A stretch of DNA of 63,334 bases, the filler included, from Octopus bimaculoides (taxonomy: Eukaryota), in NCBI RefSeq assembly GCF_001194135.2. It is 7 parts of 7 records of this genome, joined end to end, with 100 filler letters (N's around TTAATTAATTAA, not from the genome) between each part and the next. Parts side by side here need not be neighbours in the genome. Positions count along the whole stretch, not along the records: positions 58,284 to 61,608 come from NC_068999.1; positions 61,709 to 63,334 come from NW_026331104.1; 5 more parts are not named here. The stretch is one strand, 5' to 3'. The translations under genes were made by a program, and so were the position numbers. Positions 61,101 to 63,334 of the stretch are shown in pieces. The notes beneath the pieces were generated by a model, which was not told the DNA's origin, did not search any database, and was given only the letters and a program-made list of their open reading frames with translations. Every line of letters starts with the position of its first letter. The stretch's first letter is position 1.

Positions 61101-63094
61101 TAATAATAATAATAGGAATAGTAATAATAATAATAATGATAATAGTCAAGTTCATAAAAATAAACAAAAGACAAACAGAAGAACTAAATGTGTCGTTGTA
61201 GTATGAAAAATAGATACGCTGCTGGTTAATCTAGAAAACTTCAAACTGCTTCATTATGCATTATGCGACAAATGCCAAAAATAAACAGAACGACCCCAGT
61301 TCGCGCCGAATTATTTAGAAAGAAAATCCTTCATGGACCAACTACAAACGCTAAAGAGGTACTCACAAAAAGTATATCTACAAAAACACGAGGCGTACTA
61401 TATTTTGATATCTATCTATGTATGCATATGTATAAACATAGACACATAGACACACGCTAACAGTAGCCCATATATACATTACCACACACACATATATACA
61501 CACAAGCAGTCGCAAATACCGTCATATGTATTTACCAATATGTATGTACATACACATGTATTTATTAAAATGTATATATGTATATAAATATATATATATA
61601 TATATATANNNNNNNNNNNNNNNNNNNNNNNNNNNNNNNNNNNNNNNNNNNNTTAATTAATTAANNNNNNNNNNNNNNNNNNNNNNNNNNNNNNNNNNNN
61701 NNNNNNNNGAGCAGTCGAGTTTATTTCAGATATTCTCATTTTAAAAATCATCTCCAGCAGAGGTTTGTGTTCTCTGTGTGCTCTTGTTTAAGATTTGCTT
61801 TGGTTGTGTTGTACTCTGGTCTAACCATAGCCTTGTGGAGGTATTTGGTTGAAAAAACTGAAAAGAAGCTTGTCATACACACATACGTGTACACACATAG
61901 ACTCTCTCACATTTATGCTCACACACTCTCTCACATTCACACATACACACAAATGCATGTGTATACTTGTGTGAGTGGGTTTGTATGTCCCTGATCACAT
62001 GTGTTTGTTCACTGGTTGTAAACAACAGCCTCACAATGGTGTTATTTACTTGCAATCCAACATGAAAGCACATCTTGACTTCTTGGTATGTTGTATCCTC
62101 TATGATGACATGGATTAGACTGTTTGTCAGGATCTGATTGGTTTGAGGACTGCACTGTGTTCCAGCATCTGCTTTAGCATAGTCTCTACAGCTTGATGCC
62201 CTTTCCATTAAATGCCAGCTGCTTTACCGAGTGTACTGCATACTTTTTTGTGGTACCTGTGCATGAGAGGTTATCATGCTGCTCACAGGCCTACAATCCC
62301 CTTTGACTGAGTGTGGTTACAGTAGAGAGGAAAGCAGCTTCATGCTAGAAGACAAAAAATTAAAGTATGAAAAGAAGGGCATGAGCAGAACAATTTTCTT
62401 GCTGAGGAGATACATGGCTCCTCATATTAGAGAAGAGTAGGTGAGAGGAAACAAGGTGGAGCTGGAAAGAGATAAAATAGCAGTGCAGTGTCAGGGTGGA
62501 CCCTCAAGCTACAATAAGGTGAATAGAAGTAGGAGCACAACAGGGATTGTGGGTGTGTAGAAGGTGAAATGATGTATGATGGAAGTGAGGGATGGTTAGA
62601 GATGGGGAATATGATGATTGAAGAACAAGGATTGAGTAGGGTTGATCATAAATATATATTGGAGAGAAGATAGGGGATAGTAGGTAACGTCTGTAGTGAT
62701 TAGGTAAGGTTGAGGAGTGGATGTAGAGAAAGATAGACAAAAGGTGGAGAAGTGATTAATGATACATATGAATTTGGAGGAAGGGCAGGGGAAAGAAGGT
62801 GATGACTGACAATAAAGGAAGGGTAAAAGACAGAATAAGAATAATAAAACAGTAGATAGGGGAATGGATGAGAAAGGGTGAAGTGAAGTGAAGTGGTGTG
62901 TGTGCGTGCGTGTATATACCTGTACAAGCATGTATGTTTGTGTTTTCTCATTGTCTTCATACTGTTTGCATATTGTGTGTAAAATAAAATCATTGTCTAG
63001 ATAAATAGCATCATGTCTTTTTTTAATTCTACCATGGAAACATATCCAGACATTGAGCCATTTGTTGCTTGAAAGAGTAGGGAAAACCTCACCT

Positions 63095-63210
63095 TACTTG
63101 CAGGTGAGGGTTGGCAACAAGAAGATTCAGCTGTAAAAAGTCTGTGAAACTAAGTTTTTTCTGACCTATGCCAGCATGGAAAAGTGGATTTTAAAACAAT
63201 GGAAATGATT
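63095..63210 (+). repeat. Decayed non-LTR/SINE tail family (ggttggcaacaagaag...tatgccagcatggaaaagtgga)
   Basis: Related decayed copies at about 50985-51040 (-) and 62060-62220 (-). Confidence 0.4.
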
Positions 63211-63334
63211 ATTTTGTGTGTGTGTGTACACATGTTCCTTTATGGTCTCTTATGCTGGTGATAAAGATGTACAATATTAAACAAATGAAATAAATGGTGT
63301 ACATTTGTCTCAAAGTGCTGGTGTTGAAGACTTT

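Overview
Repeat-dense, AT-rich eukaryotic intronic/intergenic DNA from a draft assembly (21 N gaps by my count, six carrying an artificial TTAATTAATTAA linker). The SINE families and microsatellite load look like a coleoid cephalopod, most likely Octopus; this is recognition from memory, not a database result. Almost all ORFs in the supplied track are microsatellite artefacts. Supportable content: (1) two good minus-strand coding exons (53805-53918, 50482-50682) that splice in frame into an unidentified coiled-coil protein, plus weaker candidate exons; (2) about 35 copies of three tRNA-derived SINE groups (my labels A, B, C), several with clear target-site duplications (TSDs); (3) decayed non-LTR retrotransposons: several R4/Dong-like restriction-like-endonuclease (RLE) lineages tied to (TAA)n, one RTE piece and one L1/Tx1-like 3' end; (4) hAT and mariner-like MITEs; (5) a near-perfect 125-bp-arm palindrome, a pre-miRNA-sized hairpin, a 133-bp minisatellite and a 3.4-kb polypyrimidine tract. 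The most interesting signal is a tRNA-headed SINE-like element carrying a Penelope-type minimal hammerhead ribozyme. It has two copies, both internally inverted, and the intact copy lies in the sense of the host gene about 200 nt downstream of a splice donor. An unexplained direct-plus-inverted repeat cassette around a CpG-rich core (29190-29744) comes second. No rRNA, true tRNA gene or CRISPR array was found. Boundaries of decayed repeats are approximate (roughly 10-20 nt).
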